Shown: piece by piece, positions 63,725-64,000 of the stretch
How positions within the stretch are numbered: the stretch's first letter is position 1
Layout of the letters: every line of letters begins with the position of its first letter
NCBI GenBank assembly: GCA_963832025.1
Contig: CAWHSF010000003.1
Span: forward strand, 366,121-430,120
Length of the DNA stretch: 64,000 nt
Direction of reading: 5' to 3'
DNA from: Candidatus Nomurabacteria bacterium
GTDB lineage: Bacteria; Patescibacteriota; Minisyncoccia; Phycocordibacterales; UBA9973
The notes under the pieces: generated by a model
Databases searched by the model: none
Seen by the model: only the letters and a program-made list of their open reading frames with translations
What the model was told of the DNA's origin: nothing
Position numbers and translations under genes: made by a program

Positions 63725-63886
63725 TTAATGATAATTTTCATCAAAACCTGAAGTATTGAAATAAACAGCACTATAAAGAGCCACGAGATTATTTGCTCGG
63801 CGAGTTGCTTCTTCGTCCGAAAGTTCAACACCATAATTTTTGGCGTAAAGTTTCTTGTATTCTTCTATGGCTTCTTTTGGCAACAT
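63725..63886 (-). CDS. 53-aa hypothetical protein of the element
   Basis: Translation: MLPKEAIEEYKKLYAKNYGVELSDEEATRRANNLVALYSAVYFNTSGFDENYH. Same strand as the element genes. Confidence 0.3.
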   Translation of the reverse strand: MLPKEAIEEYKKLYAKNYGVELSDEEATRRANNLVALYSAVYFNTSGFDENYH

Positions 63887-64000
63887 AGCTAACCCCGAAG
63901 GGTTAACTATAAAATAACAAAAGAGTCGCTACGCTTAACATACGCCTTTGCTATTTTCTCCAATAAAAATAAGCCCATAATCTAGGCAATTATAAAAACT

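Larger units (their letters stand above)
60489..64000. mobile_element. Left part of an integrated plasmid/phage-like element next to tRNA-Asn. It continues past the window end.
   Basis: A same-strand (-) module of a Rep_trans-like initiator, a Zn-ribbon ORF, an excisionase-type HTH and a large serine recombinase. It starts immediately 3-prime of a tRNA gene. Confidence 0.55.

Noticed and set aside
1-64000. Possibility of an alternative genetic code (UGA recoded, as in some CPR lineages)
   Set aside because: Well-supported genes end at TGA (e.g. 4880-4882, 42812-42814, 30271-30273). No conserved protein needs read-through of an in-frame TGA. The breaks seen are frame shifts, not stop codons.

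Overview
AT-rich bacterial chromosome segment using the standard code (TGA, TAA and TAG all end good ORFs). Gene content looks like a streamlined Candidate Phyla Radiation / Patescibacteria (Parcubacteria-like) genome: short pheS/pheT/thrS/proS, many domain fusions, and large surface proteins. This assignment comes from gene content only; no search was run.

Gene order:
- RecB-type nuclease fragment, pheS, pheT, a secreted protein, a 2498-aa surface protein, gyrB
- thrS (-), rpmF, nusB-Nudix, rnc, a hingeless SMC, an HD hydrolase
- S11 carboxypeptidase-CapA fusion (-), rnr (-), a strikingly GC-rich secreted Gly/Arg/Tyr-rich gene
- rpsP, a KH protein, trmD, a decayed HExxH gene, rpoB, rpoC, dnaG, rpoD
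- An envelope / oxidative-folding cluster: DsbA-like, DUF378, processive GT2, Trx-like, DUF2156-like, EamA, a Cys-rich protein, a formyltransferase-like protein and a histidine kinase
- tRNA-Thr, tsf, rpsB, proS, mreB, mreC, tgt, a speA-like decarboxylase, DUF192, RNase P RNA, glnA
- A tRNA cluster (Ala x3, Val, Asn) with integration scars
- The start of an integrated element (serine recombinase, HTH, Zn-ribbon, Rep_trans-like initiator) that runs off the right edge

Most notable observations:
1. Several families of short GC-rich palindromic elements sit in frame inside essential genes (pheS, pheT, gyrB, smc, rnr, dnaG, thrS, probably tgt) and in a tRNA fragment. This resembles Rickettsia palindromic elements.
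2. The giant protein combines a cytoplasmic HTH, one TM helix, tail-fibre repeats, two LVIVD propellers and an S74 self-cleaving domain.
3. The GC-rich island is driven by a perfect sigma70 promoter.
4. The SMC-head protein has a Rad50-like CPxC hook in place of a hinge.
5. Two covarying hairpins bracket tgt.

About a dozen frame breaks occur, several of them in homopolymer runs. These most likely reflect assembly error rather than biology.

All calls rest on reading the sequence and remembered family motifs.
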